A stretch of 64,000 nucleotides of DNA from the human T2T-CHM13v2.0 reference genome, Homo sapiens, in the NCBI RefSeq assembly GCF_009914755.1, contig NC_060932.1; one strand, written 5' to 3'. Made by a program: the position numbers and the translations under genes. The notes below the pieces were generated by a model. It was not told where the DNA came from. It saw only the letters and a list, made by a program, of their open reading frames with translations, and did no database searches. Below are positions 28,047 to 41,225 of this stretch, in pieces (positions within the stretch are counted from its first letter, which is position 1; each line of letters begins with the position of its first letter).

Positions 28047-28601
28047 TATCAGAGGTGTGTGAACCAGAGCAACTCCATCTTAATTAGGAGCAGGGTAAAA
28101 TGAGGCTGAAACCTACTAGGCTGCATTCCCAGACGGTTAAGGCATTCTAAGTCACAGAATGAGATAGGAGGTCAGCACAAAAATACAGGTCACAAAGACT
28201 TTGCTGATAAAACAGGTTGCAGTAAAGGAGTTGGCCAAAACCCACCAAAACCAAAATGGCCACAAGAGTGACCCCTGGTCGTCCTCACTGCTACACTCCC
28301 ATCAGCGCCGTGGCAGTTTACAAATGCCAGGGCAATGTCAGGAAGTTACCCTGTATGGTCTAAAAAGGGGATGCATGAATAATCCACCCCTTGTTTAGCA
28401 CATCATCAAGAAATAACCATGGAAATGGGCAACCAGCAGCCCATGGGGCTCTTCTGTCTATGGACTAGCCATTCTTTTATTTCTTTACTTTCTCAATAAA
28501 CTTGCTTTTACTTTGCACTGTGAACTTGCCCTGAATTCTTTCTTGCACGAGATCCAAGAGCCCTCTCTTGGGACCTGGATCGGAACCACTGTCCTATAAC
28601 A
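28047..28601 (+). mobile_element. MER41 solo LTR (MER41A-type)
   Basis: TATCAGAGGTGTGTGAACCAGAGCAACTCCATCTT...GAGATCCAAGAGCCCTCTCTTGGG...TAACA; 4-bp TSD TAAG. Confidence 0.92.
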
Positions 28602-29241
28602 TAAGCATAAAACTAAAACTACAAGTGAAGTAACTTTGAATGACGAGGAAAAAGACAGTCATTTTAAATGGTTGAACCAACAACACTGGCCAATATAAAG
28701 AATCTGACTACATTCTATTGTATTTTGAAGACTTATACTTTTTGCAAAGTGGAGAAGAAATTAATTTCATACTTGCAATCAAAACAGCTGGTAGATTTGC
28801 ATTCTTTCTTGCTTGTGTGTGTGTATGTGTGTCTGAGTAGATTTGAGTAAATGTCCACCAAAGGTTAGAGCAGTAAGTAAGGCTGCTGAGAAGTGAAAAA
28901 TGGAGCAGTCAGACAGGGTCATACTTGGTGTCCCATCAGGAATAGGAGGTTCCTCTGCTGGAAAGACAAGCTGCTGACAAAGCTACCAGAAGCACATGAC
29001 GCCCTTGCAACATAACAATAAGCAGACTTGGCAACAAATAAGGAATCTCAAATAGGAAGAGGAGCAGACCTTCAATAATCACACAAGATGTGCAGAAATC
29101 CAAAACAATGAAGATAGGTTAACATTAACAAATAGTAGACAAGATACATGTATTTTTTGTGCATTTCAAAACAGTGTTCTGAGAAGGAATTTGTAGGTTT
29201 CAACACACAGGGAGGGTCTGTGGCCTAAAGAACACAAAATA

Positions 29242-29458
29242 GACCGGGCATGGTGGCTCACGCCTATAATCCCAGCACTTTGGGAGGCCAAGGTGGGTGG
29301 ATCACTAGGTCAGGAGTTCAAGACCAGCCTGGCCAAGATGGTAAAACCCCATTCCTACTAAAAATACAAAAATTAGCCAGGTGCGGTGGCAGGTGCCTGT
29401 AATCCCAGCTACTCGGGAGGCTGAGGCAGAGAATTGCTTGAACCCGGGAGGTGGGTTC
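29242..29458 (+). mobile_element. AluSg-like, 3' end and tail missing
   Basis: GGCCAAGATGG diagnostic; stops after GAACCCGGGAGGTGG; TSD AAGAA(C/T)ACAAAATA. Confidence 0.93.
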
Positions 29459-31018
29459 AAGAATACAAAATAATTTTGATAAATAGATTTACAAAAATAG
29501 GCAGTTAACCCAAAAAGTGGACTGTGAATGAAGAGGAAATATCACACAAATAAAGATTATTTGATAACTCTAACGTTTAAATTCTACAAATGGGACATTT
29601 GTAACAGTGACTATAAATGAATTAAATTTGCCTAATAACAAATTTACAGTTTAAATTTAAAATATCGCTATATACTATTTAGAAATGGCACAACTGTTTA
29701 TAATAACATAGAGTGGAAAGAAAATTCTATTCAGGGAAATGCAAATTAAAGCAAATATTAGTATCAACCAAAGGGGAATTTAAAGTGAAAACTATTTATA
29801 TCGATTAAGAAGAATATTGCTGAGTACTAATAGAACAATACATCAAGATCATGGGATGATTGGAAACAATATGCCACACATATTGTAGAGGACAATCTGG
29901 CCTAATTTAGTCAAATTAAGTATGTACGCATTCTATGACACAGCAACTTAACCTCACTCACTCGTGACTGCAGAGCTCAGAAGATCATTTCAAATGGGTT
30001 CAGATGTCAAGGTTTAAAGGGATGTTTATCCACACGTCATTCATGCTAATGGACAGTTAATTACTTTTTCTATCAGTGGGCGACTAGAAATTGAAAGTGA
30101 GAGATGAAAAGTATGAACGTCTAGGCAATAGTTACAATAAACATTTTATGTGTACATAGTGAAATATAACTAGATGCTAAAACCATGAAGCATCATGGAA
30201 GAAAAGGGACTAGCCTGACAACTATATTATCATGCCATTTACAGGAATTGAAAATGGGTGAACACCACACAATGCATGTTTTACAAGATCATATGTTTCA
30301 TTTGCATCACATCACATACATATGCAACACTTTAGAGTTTTGCTTGACAGGACTGAGAAATGAGAGGAGGGAGTGGACATTAATTAACTCATTCATTCAT
30401 CTATAGAGAAAGCTTCCACAGCTCCATTATAATAGCATTCAAAATTTTAAAATGTATGATAGGCTCAGCATCCTGCTCAAAAAGACAAAAAGAAAGCAGA
30501 ATGAAGGGGTAGCCCGAGTTCCTCTTCTCCTATGGAAGAGTAAGTTACAGTAAACCATTTTAAAATCTATAAACAACCACAAAACAGAAATTTCTGAAGG
30601 GCACTAGAGAGTGAATAGAAGCAGGTAAATTTTACTCATTGATTTAGTTATTGGAAAAGGGTGGACAATAGTACAGACTTGGAGGAATTGACCTACATGA
30701 AATGGATTTTCTGGTTTTTTCCTCTTTCTTTGAGAGTATCCATAGTGACAGCATGGTCAGGAAACTGAAAATGCCAACTAGAGGAACTGGGAGAAGACCC
30801 AGGACAAATTTGTGATACAATAAATAGCTCACAAAGGTCGTATAAAAATAATTGTTACATCAAAAACGATCATTATGATAATTCTATCAGAGTCATGAAA
30901 ACAATGAAATACGAATGCACACCTAATGGGACAAGTAAAGTGTGAAAGTCTATGTGTTTAGAAAGATGGAATAAAACCATATATTGTCATAAAAATATGT
31001 ATACTTAAGTATTTGTAA

Positions 31019-32108
<1,090 letters not shown>

Positions 32109-32539
32109 GCAATACCTTATTTACAATAGCCTCAACTTGGTAACTGCCTAAACATCCAGCAGCAGGTGAATTCATTAGCAAAATAGAGTACCACCGCAAA
32201 ATACAAAGGAACTATGGATACATGCAAAAACATGAATGAATGTCAGAATCATTATGAAGAATAAGTAAAAAAGAGTACACACTATGTGGTTCCATTAATA
32301 TGAAACCCTAGCAAACGAGATCTCATCTATGGTGACAAGTAAATCATTTGTCAAGGATTCAGAGCATACGATCAACTTCTACATGGAAGGAACAATCTTT
32401 CGGTGATTTAGAAAGGTTCTGATTTTTCATTGTGGTGGTTTCATGGTTATGTACATTTGTCAAAACTCATTGCCTTGTGTACTTTAACTAGATTCAGTTC
32501 ATTGTACATAAAGATGACTTTAAAACGTCATCTGAATAG

Positions 32540-34194
32540 ATGTAAGACAGACTTGAAAGACACACAAGATTATAGAGAACTTCATGGTGAAAGATCTCAG
32601 CAAACTTCCTTCAGAAATGAATGATGCATATCAAAAATAAGACGTGTAGAAGAGGAATTATACATTTACCAAGATATAATCACTTTTATGTATACTTGAA
32701 ATATACTAGGTCACAAAACTGCTCTCATTAAATTAGAATGAATTGATGAAACATAAACATGTTTTCTAACACAAAGTCACACAATTAGAAATGATTTAAA
32801 TAGCACAAATCACAAGTCTTGAAACTTAAATGAAGTGACTTCTAATTAAATTAAGTATTAAAAATGTTAATGAAAATAGTGTATGTTTTGGAATTGAATG
32901 GTAATGAAAAGTGTAAGTATCAAACTATGGGACGCAGTTAAAATATGTCCCAGGAAATTAACAGATTAAATTTAAAAAGCAGGAAAGAAGGAGTGAATAT
33001 TAATGACAAAAGTGTTAAGGAATTTAAAAATGAGACGTGTTTCAAAACAGATTGAGGGAAAGTAAAAATAAGAGAAATTGATCAAATAGAAAACAAGGAA
33101 ATGATAGCAAAGACTAGTAATTGTAAAAGTCCCATAGTTCAAAAACTGAGAAAGAAGATACAAACAAATAACTACAAAAACTTGAAAAGGAAAAAGTAGA
33201 GGAAAAACATAAAGAAAAGGGGACACAAATTCAAAGAAAGTGGAGATGTAAAAAAAAAATTTTCAAAAATTTTGTATACTTTTTAAATAAAAAATGGAGA
33301 ATTTTGTATAAAATTACCATAATTGATTGAAATGGAATTGGGTTATATTAACATAAAGATTTGAAATGGTAATTACATTAACCTTGTTTACTCCTCCACT
33401 CTCAGCTATAAAAAATATCAGGTACAGAGGGTTTTATATAAACATTTCACTAAAACTTCAATGAAAACTCAATCTTAATTTTTTCAAAGTGTTAATGGAT
33501 CCCAAAATAATATGCTTTAATATAACAGGTATATATAAAATGCATTATGAAAAGTAAAATATCCTCTAAGTAATTTAATACATAAGATGTAATTCAAAAG
33601 ATAACATTTTCAAGGTGAAAATCATATTCTTCCACATAGATATGGTAAATGTCCTTGGTAATATTAATCAGGAATTTATGAGTATATACACATATATGCA
33701 TATCCATGTACTATATACATATATCTCCATATATATGTCTCCATATGCGTATATATACATAATATATATATGTACATTATACTTAAGTAGTTGCTTTTCT
33801 AATTTGCTTACTAAAAACCACAGGGAGCATAATATTTAATAGTGGATTTTTTTAGGTATTTTTATTAAAAACAAAAATAATGCAGGGCACATGATGTCAC
33901 TATCCCTCATCAACACTGTATGGGAGAACCTAGCCAAAAGAATAATACACATATCCTCTCTCTCTCTCTCTCTCTCTGTCTCTCACCTGTATGCTTGGAA
34001 TGACAGATTTGAAAGCCTATTTGTTCTCAGTTTGATTCTCTACATATTAAATTGAAAATAAATCTTTATAACTTACAAAAGCATTTGGTATGATGTTTAG
34101 ATAAAAATCAAGATTAAGAAATTTGGTAACATTTTATATATCATATGTGACCAAATAAGTAAAATAGATGGAACTAAACACTTTCATTTACAGT
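32540..34194 (+). mobile_element. Very old L1 (L1ME-like) ORF2, left part (split by the provirus)
   Basis: A-rich degenerate ORF2 (TATCAAACTATGGGACGCAGTTAAA, CAGGTACAGAGGGTTTTA); resumes after 39313. Confidence 0.55.
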
Positions 34195-34658
34195 TGTCGG
34201 GTCCATTCCACAGACCCTGGCCAAGTGATGGATGAAAGGAGTACTCAGACACAGGTATGCAGTGTTAGAGCAGCTAGGGGACTGCCCGTCACTAGTGGCC
34301 AAAGGGTGAACAGTCTCGAACAGCTGGAGCTGCTTGCTTTTATTCAGTACAGACACAATGCCAAAAGCCTGCAGCAAACATAATCTGTAGGTAATTAACA
34401 TTATTGTCTCCCCCTTTCAAGGAGCAGTCTCGTGCTTGGATGATCAAAGGTTGGATTTTGTACAGTATAAGTAAACAAGCCTATTTAAGATAAATTCCCC
34501 TACACTTCCTTGTACCTACTCCTTGCCCTCTGCCTCACGGTCAGAGAACAGCTGCCTTCAGCTTATTCTCCCCTGAAGCTATGCAGAGCCTTCTGACCTT
34601 TCAGAAGGCCTGCTCCTTTCCCTGTAGTTTCTCCCACCACTCTGACCAATCTCCTATA
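34195..34658 (-). repeat. 3' LTR22 of the HML-5 provirus
   Basis: Direct repeat of 38849-39308; preceded on the minus strand by polypurine tract GGAAAAGAGGGAG. Confidence 0.93.
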
Positions 34659-34659
34659 G

Positions 34660-35290
34660 CTCCCTCTTTTCCGTTTTTTTTGCATCAGCTTTTGTTGATT
34701 GAAGAGTACAGACGTGTGCAGTGACAGGCTTGACAGGTGCAGTGGTTACAGCTCATGTTCTGACTTTGCATCGTAGAATTAGTAAATAACAGACAAACAT
34801 GAGTATAAGTCAGTATTATTCTTTTCCAATCAAGGCGTGATATGTAGTGTTACTTGGCACCTCAGTCCAATGTATGCCATTACCGAAGGGCCCAACTGGG
34901 AGTATGTCAATCCCTCCTAGCCAAGCAGTCACATTGTTACAAGCTAGGAAGTGGGTGTCTGCCCAAGTAATAAGGCAGAAGTAATGTAGATCTAGAAGAT
35001 GGGCCCTGTAGGAGGTACAGATAGTAGGCAAAGTGACAGAATAAAAAAGGTTAATACCCTATGAGAATTGCAATGTACGACAGAAAGCATGGCAAGGAAC
35101 AAATTTTCTGGAGTGAATGGTGTCTGTCTGGAGTAGGATTCACTCAGCCTCTTGTGTTCTCTTCTTCGGCATCTCCCAAGTAATGTCTGGAGCCTGTGTC
35201 ATCTCAGGAAGCCACATTGTCCAGGGTTGCAGGACCTACAGGGTCATTTTCTTCATTCCTGGTACTGAGTTGGGTCCTAGCTACACCATG
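34660..35290 (-). pseudogene. env: HML-5 env remnant (leader/SU start joined to TM tail)
   Basis: Translates to ...TPFTPENLFLAMLSVVHCNSHRV... (HML env leader), then jumps near 34810 to the sequence just before the PPT. Confidence 0.75.
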
Positions 35291-37810
35291 GTAAGGTTTG
35301 TTGCCCCCTGCTGGAATCCAAAGAGGACGTGAGGGGATGTGAAAACAAGCATAACGTCTTCCCCATGTTAGCAAATCATTTGGACTACACAATATATTAC
35401 TATTTACATCTTTCCATAAAACTGAAGGTTTTATATCTTGAGCAATATTTGCAAAGTGCTTTTCTATATCTGATTGAAATTTACCATCTAAATTTAAAAA
35501 ATTAAGGGTACATAAGGCTTGTGCCAGTAGTGTTGCAGAGTCCTTACACACATTCCCCCTTTTTTGTTTTCTGAGCATATTTTTAAGGGTGGAGTGGTCA
35601 TGTTCTACTATGGCCTGTCCCTGGGGGTTGTACAGGATACTCTTGGAATGTTGCACATTCCATGTGTGACAAAATTGTTGAAATTGTGAGCTGGCATAAG
35701 CCAGAACATTATCACTTTTAATTTTTGTGGGCCACCCCATAAACACAAAAGTTAAGATGTTTGATGACATATGGAGCAGACTCTGCAGGAAAAGCATGAG
35801 TGCTAATTAAGTAGGAATTTGTATCAACGGATACATGTAAATATCTTAGTTTTCCAAAATCAGGGGCATGTGTAACATTTGTTTGCCATAACTGATGAGG
35901 ATCTAGTCCTCTAGGGTTAACACCTGTTGAAGGAGGGGATGTGCCTGTGAGCTGGCAATCTGAGCATTGCAGGATAATTTGTTCAGCCTTTTGGTTAACT
36001 GAAATTGTTTAGATAAGTTTCTCCAATTTTGGTGGATTGATGTGATTGGGTGACTTGGTCAAGCAGTGATGTCATAACCTGCAAGTTTGCGTGACCATTG
36101 CCATAAGCCAGTGGGCCAGGCAGTGAGCTGTGGTCTTGAATGTGTGTGATTAAAAACAAGATGTGTTCATAGATCCAGCAACTGCTGAAGTCAAAGAAAA
36201 AGTGCACATAGAGTGGGCGCAAGAATGGTCTTAATGAGGGCTGTCACAAGGTTCTGCAATAAATAAACACCATAAGCAGGGTCACTAACAATATGAATGG
36301 GCTGAGTGGAAAAGGTTTCCACGGCCAATATTACGGCTGCAACCTGAGCTCTTTGACTGCTAGTGAATCCAGATCAAGTAGGGGAGTTATGCGGTTCCCT
36401 AGCTAGCAAAAGCTAGCTGCTTTTGCATTTTTACAGAGCCATCAGTGAAAAGCATTAAAGCATTAGGTATGGGGGAGTGAACTACCTTTGTAGGCATAAC
36501 TACAGGAGTATGAGATAAGAACTGAAGTAGTTTGTCAGCAGGAAGGGCATATTCTATATGGGCTGCATAATCAGTGCTGTCTGAAGATCCAGAGATAGGG
36601 GCATTCTGCTTCAAATTGCTTTTTACTCAACGGTATTCTTATGACATCAGGGTATTAACCTAGCAACTGATTGCATTGTCTGCAGCCTGTATAGATGACT
36701 TGACTTAAACTAGCAGGACATAGGGAGATAGTGTTTTAATCCCAATATGTGAGTAAAAAACCCATTTTAGAAAGCTCAGCCCTGAGGCTTTCTGTCCCAT
36801 TAATCCTGTTAGGGAATGTTTAGTAGGAAATACAAATAACTGGACTGAATATCATGGGTCTATGTGATCTAGTTGCCTCTGAGAAATAGCTTGCTCTGTT
36901 TCTTCAATTTCCCTTTTTGCAGTGGGGGTTAAATACCTGGGGGAGTCCAGGGCTGCATTGCCCTTTAGGATAGAAAACAGGTTGTGTAATTTATCAGTAG
37001 TTATGCCCAAGGTGGGATGAAGCCAGTTAATATCAACCTGTAATTTTTGATAATTTAAGGTGTGAAAGTTGTCAGTGTTTAACCTTTTGAGGTCTTACTG
37101 ATTGGGAAGTTAGTATGTATCCAAGATATTTCCAAGGAGAGGACAGCTGTACTTTTTCAGGTGCTATGATTAAACCTCTTAAGTGTGTATTCCTTTTGAT
37201 AGAGGCATATAAATTCAAAAGTATCAGCTCCATTGGGGCTGCAAGTAAGATGTCATCCATTTAATGGATCATCTTTCAATTAGGAAATTTTCTACTGGGG
37301 ATGGAAGCTGATTTACATGATACTGACACATGGTAGGACTGTTCAGCATTCCTTGAGGAAGTACTTCCCAATGAAATTGGCAAGGTGGCCTTTCATTATT
37401 AATAGTTGGTATTGTAAATGCAAATTTTTCTCTGTCCTGTTTTGCAAGGGGAATAATATAAAAGCAGTCTTTCAAGTCAATCATGACTGTTGGCCAATCT
37501 CAAGGAATTGCCGCAGGGGAAGGGAGTCCCTGTTAAAGGGGCCCCATAGGTTGCAAATTAGCACTGATAGCATGTAAGCCATGCAAATTCTCCATTTACC
37601 AGACTTTTTGGGAATGACGAAAATGGGCGAATTCCAAGGGCTATTTGATGGTTCTATATGGCTGGCTTTTCATTGCTCCTCAACTAATTCATGGGCTCAC
37701 TGCAATTTCTCTCCCTTTATAGGCCACTGTTCTACCCAAATTGGATCTTGAGAGAGCCATGTCATGGGTAGGGGAAGAATCACAACAGTGGTCATTATTA
37801 GGAAGGGGTC
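35204..37810 (-). pseudogene. pol: HML-5 pol (RT-RNaseH-IN), frameshifted with stops
   Basis: [29 protein letters not shown], (Y>*)MDD, FTDGS, IN KSDN...QGQAIVE. Confidence 0.93.
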
Positions 37811-37884
37811 TGCAGGGTGACCCCACATTGGGCTAATAGGTCCTATCCCTGAAGATTAACAGGGATGGGCATGATTAGAGATTG

Positions 37885-38709
37885 TGTATTAACATACGGA
37901 CATCTGCCCTGGAGAATCACAGTTGTTATGTTTTGCCTGGCCAGTTGATTCTGGTTGGCCTATTGTCTACATGATTCATCAAATTCTGCCCTCCAGAGGA
38001 GGTTTTGACTGTCCTCTAAAGTTGTTTCGGCTAATACTGACCAGTCCCACAGGGTCATATGGAAGTTGTCTGCTATGGCCTCAATTAATACTTTCATAAA
38101 TGGCCTACGAGCTCCATTTTCTCTAATGCTTTTTCTTATTTCTGTATAAGTGTTGAAAGTAATGGGTTCATGTACCGGATTGCCTTGTTGATCTTACATC
38201 ACAGGGCAGGCCAAGGGCTCCTCTTCTAATGTTGCTTGCCTATGACAGGGTCCTATAACTGTATTGTATCCCTTGTCTTTTTTCCAATTTATTGGGGGAA
38301 GGGACTCAGGAAAAACCTCCATCTCCTCTTTGGTATCTTTACTCGGTAATGGTGGGGCTGAGAGAGGAGGAGGAGGTGGTGGTAAGATAGGTGATGGTTC
38401 TTCCTCCTCTCCTTTTCTAGGCTCTTCTGTGTAGAGTGGGGTCAAAGCAGCCATAACTAAGGCCCACAACATTAAAGATGTTACTAGGACCCATTGCCCT
38501 TGTGCATGATGTCAATTAAGATTTCTCCCCACTTGTTTCCAGAGCTCTAGGTCTAGCGTGCCTTCTTCTGGAAACTTTGGGTTATGAAAAACAACAGTTT
38601 GCATTAGGTTCCTTAATTGGGCCTCGGAATCCAAGGTGCTGCTAGCTTTAAGCAACTGTTTCAATACTTTTATACACTGTTGCTGTTGAGCTGATAACTG
38701 TTCTCCCAT
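37885..38709 (-). pseudogene. gag: HML-5 gag (MA to N-terminal CA), truncated
   Basis: MGEQLSAQQQQCIKVLKQLLKAS...FPEEGTLDLELWKQVG matrix; proline-rich late-domain region; CA relics. Confidence 0.88.
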
Positions 38710-38828
38710 GATGAAACCCTAGCTTGAAAATTCCCTTGAACTTGGAAATCCTGAGCAGGCACCAACTACTTACTGTGCAGTCACTTCACCTTCATTTTCA
38801 AGGGCTCCGTCACAATCTGTTGTAGCAT

Positions 38829-38846
38829 TCCTTACACACAGCACCA
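38829..38846 (-). promoter_or_regulatory. Primer-binding site, tRNA-Met-like
   Basis: Minus strand TGGTGCTGTGTGTAAGGA, 2 nt after the 5' LTR; 14/18 match to TGGTGCCCCGTGTGAGGA (complement of the elongator tRNA-Met 3' end, as recalled). Confidence 0.7.
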
Positions 38847-38848
38847 GC

Positions 38849-39308
38849 TGCCGGGTCCATCCCCCAGACCCTGGCAGAGCAATGGATGAAAGGAGTACTC
38901 AGACACAGGTATGTGGTGTAAGAGCAGCTAGGGGCCTGCCTGGCACTAGTGGGCAAAGAGTGAACAGTCTCAAACACCTGGAGCTGCTAGCTTTCATTCA
39001 GTACAGACATAATGCCAAAAGCTTGGAGCAAAAACAATCTGCAGGTAATTAACATTGCTCCCCCTTTCAGGGAGCAGTTGTGCACGTGGATGATGAAAGG
39101 TCAGTTTTTGGACAACATAAGTAGACATGCCAATTTAAGATAAATTCCCCTACACTTCCTTGTACTTACTCCTTGCCCTCTGCTTCACTGTCAGAGAACA
39201 GCTGCCTTCAGCTTATTCTTCCACGAAGCTATGCAGAGCCTTCAGACCTTTTAGAAGGCCTGCTCCTTCACCTATAGTTTCTCCCACCACTCTGACTGAT
39301 CTCCTACA
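38849..39308 (-). repeat. 5' LTR22 of the HML-5 provirus
   Basis: Minus strand TGTAGGAGATCAGTCAGAGTGGTGGGAGAAACTATAGG...CCCGGCA; roughly 12-15% diverged from the 3' LTR by eye. Confidence 0.93.
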
Positions 39309-39313
39309 ACAGT

Positions 39314-40330
39314 ACTGGTAAAAACAGGGTAATAGTAATAGTAGTTATTCTAAGGCAATTGTATTAGTCTCTATGAATAAAAGTGATAGAAGATTATAAA
39401 GAGCATAGTCTAATACTTGCATGATACACCAAAGACTTTATCATAAAGAAATCTATTCCCCAAATAATCTTTAACTTCAATACAGTTCCAAGATAAATTA
39501 TGACAAGATTTTTTTAGAATTTGTAAAAACTCATTTCCAAATTTATACAAAACAGTAACAGCCAACAAACAAAAGTCAAAGAAGTCAAAAGGGGAATTTA
39601 CCTAAAACATCTACTGAAATTAAACAGTGTGCAACAATGAGGTGAATAATTCAATGAAGGATATATATAAATCCAGAATATATAGAGATTCTTTTTTACT
39701 AATGTGAATATGAACAAGGATGTGTAGAAACAGGAATCCACGTATAAAGCTGATAGGTTAAAACCCTCCTAAAAAGATATGGAAATACCTATTTTAAAAA
39801 GATGTTTCTATTTTGTGACATTACAGTGCTTCATAATATATCCACATGTGAATAGAAATCATGTATAAGGATCTAATTTTAGCTTTGCTTGTAAAGGAAA
39901 TTGTTGATATAATCTAAAACTCCATCAAGGAAACAAATATACAAATTATGAAATAGTCTCATGGCAAAATATTATGCAACAGGTAAAATCAGTACTGTCT
40001 ACCTGCGTCAATACGGATAGGTATCTAAAATATAAAATTATGTTCAAAACAAACTAATGTAAAGGCTCTTGCATAATTATACATTTATGAAATATGTGTA
40101 TTTTATATAATGCTACTTTTATATAATTTAACAAACATACACAAAAATTAATATATAACCACACAAGAATAATATTAAAATATGGAAGAAAATATTACTC
40201 ACAAAATACTTGATAATATATGATAATGAAAGATAATATCAAAGAGGATTAGCAAAATATTCCTTTGTATTGTTATTCAATATGTGTTCCAAATAATAAA
40301 TATTAATACTGAAATTTGTTAACTACTTAA
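39314..40330 (+). mobile_element. Very old L1, right part
   Basis: Degenerate ORF2-end text continuing the element left of the provirus. Confidence 0.5.
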
Positions 40331-40349
40331 TACTGCCACCCTCTCTTTT

Positions 40350-40545
40350 AAATGATTTACATGTATCATTTCACTTAATTTTCCTAATTACCACATGTGT
40401 ATTACTTTCCTTATGACCATTTCACAAATGAAAAAACCCAATGAGTAGAGTGAAATAAGTTGCCGAAAATCATATAACAAGAAAGTAAGGGAAGTGAAAT
40501 ATGAATCAAGACACTCTGGTTCCGTAGATCATGTTCTAAGTTGTA
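40350..40545 (-). mobile_element. MIR
   Basis: CCATTTCACAAATGAAAAAACC...AAATAAGTTGCCGAAAATCATATAAC is antisense MIR core. Confidence 0.6.
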
Positions 40546-40699
40546 CATAAATCTGAAAATTATAAAAAGTATTTGAATTGAAACACTAACAAAAATGCTA
40601 CAAAGAGAAACTTACATATTTAAGCTAAACAGTATTTATCAGGCTTTACATCACTTTTTAAGTACTTTAGGAAAATAAAAAGGAAAATTAAAAATTAAT

Positions 40700-41225
40700 G
40701 AAGATTTCCAGCTTCAACTTGGAAATATAGAGAGAAGGAGAGTCATTTTTCTGTTTATAATAAGAAAAATCTAGACAATCACAAATTATTGAATGTATTA
40801 AGGTCACATGGCAAACCATTAATTCAAAACCTGGATAGAGACAGGTGCCTTCAGGTATAAACAGGGCTTCAGCAGGTACTTACTTGTACAGACACTGCTT
40901 CATGATATAAAACCCATTAGGAAGGTCAGTAATTTAACAACTTTAACAAATTGCTAAAGGGTGAATATGGGTTAGCAGGAGAATGTGAAGCCCCTGGGGA
41001 CCACAGAGCTAGGGGGTTTCTGAACTTCCCACAGGCTTTCCTCTTTTGACCTTGCCAGGCTCTGAAAGGGAAGATGGGAGCAAACATGGAGAAAGCTGAC
41101 CCAAAGTATTGATAGGTGGAGGAGAGACTCTTCACATTTGGAGATCTGGAGGAGAAGTGGGAACAGATGTGAAGTCTCCACCCTCGAGAACTGGGTTCAT
41201 AGTGCCTGGCTAAGATAAGGCTCAA
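40700..41225 (+). mobile_element. Old L1 5'-end fragment (L1MC/MD-like)
   Basis: GATTTCCAGCTTC...GGTCACATGGCAAACC...GAGACAGGTGCC resembles old L1 5'UTRs. Confidence 0.45.

Larger units (their letters stand above)
34195..39308 (-). mobile_element. HERV-K(HML-5)/HERVK22 provirus, two LTR22s, internally deleted (about 5.1 kb)
   Basis: Paired ~460-bp LTRs, 5-bp TSD ACAGT (34190-34194; 39309-39313), PBS, betaretroviral gag/pol/env relics. Confidence 0.93.
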
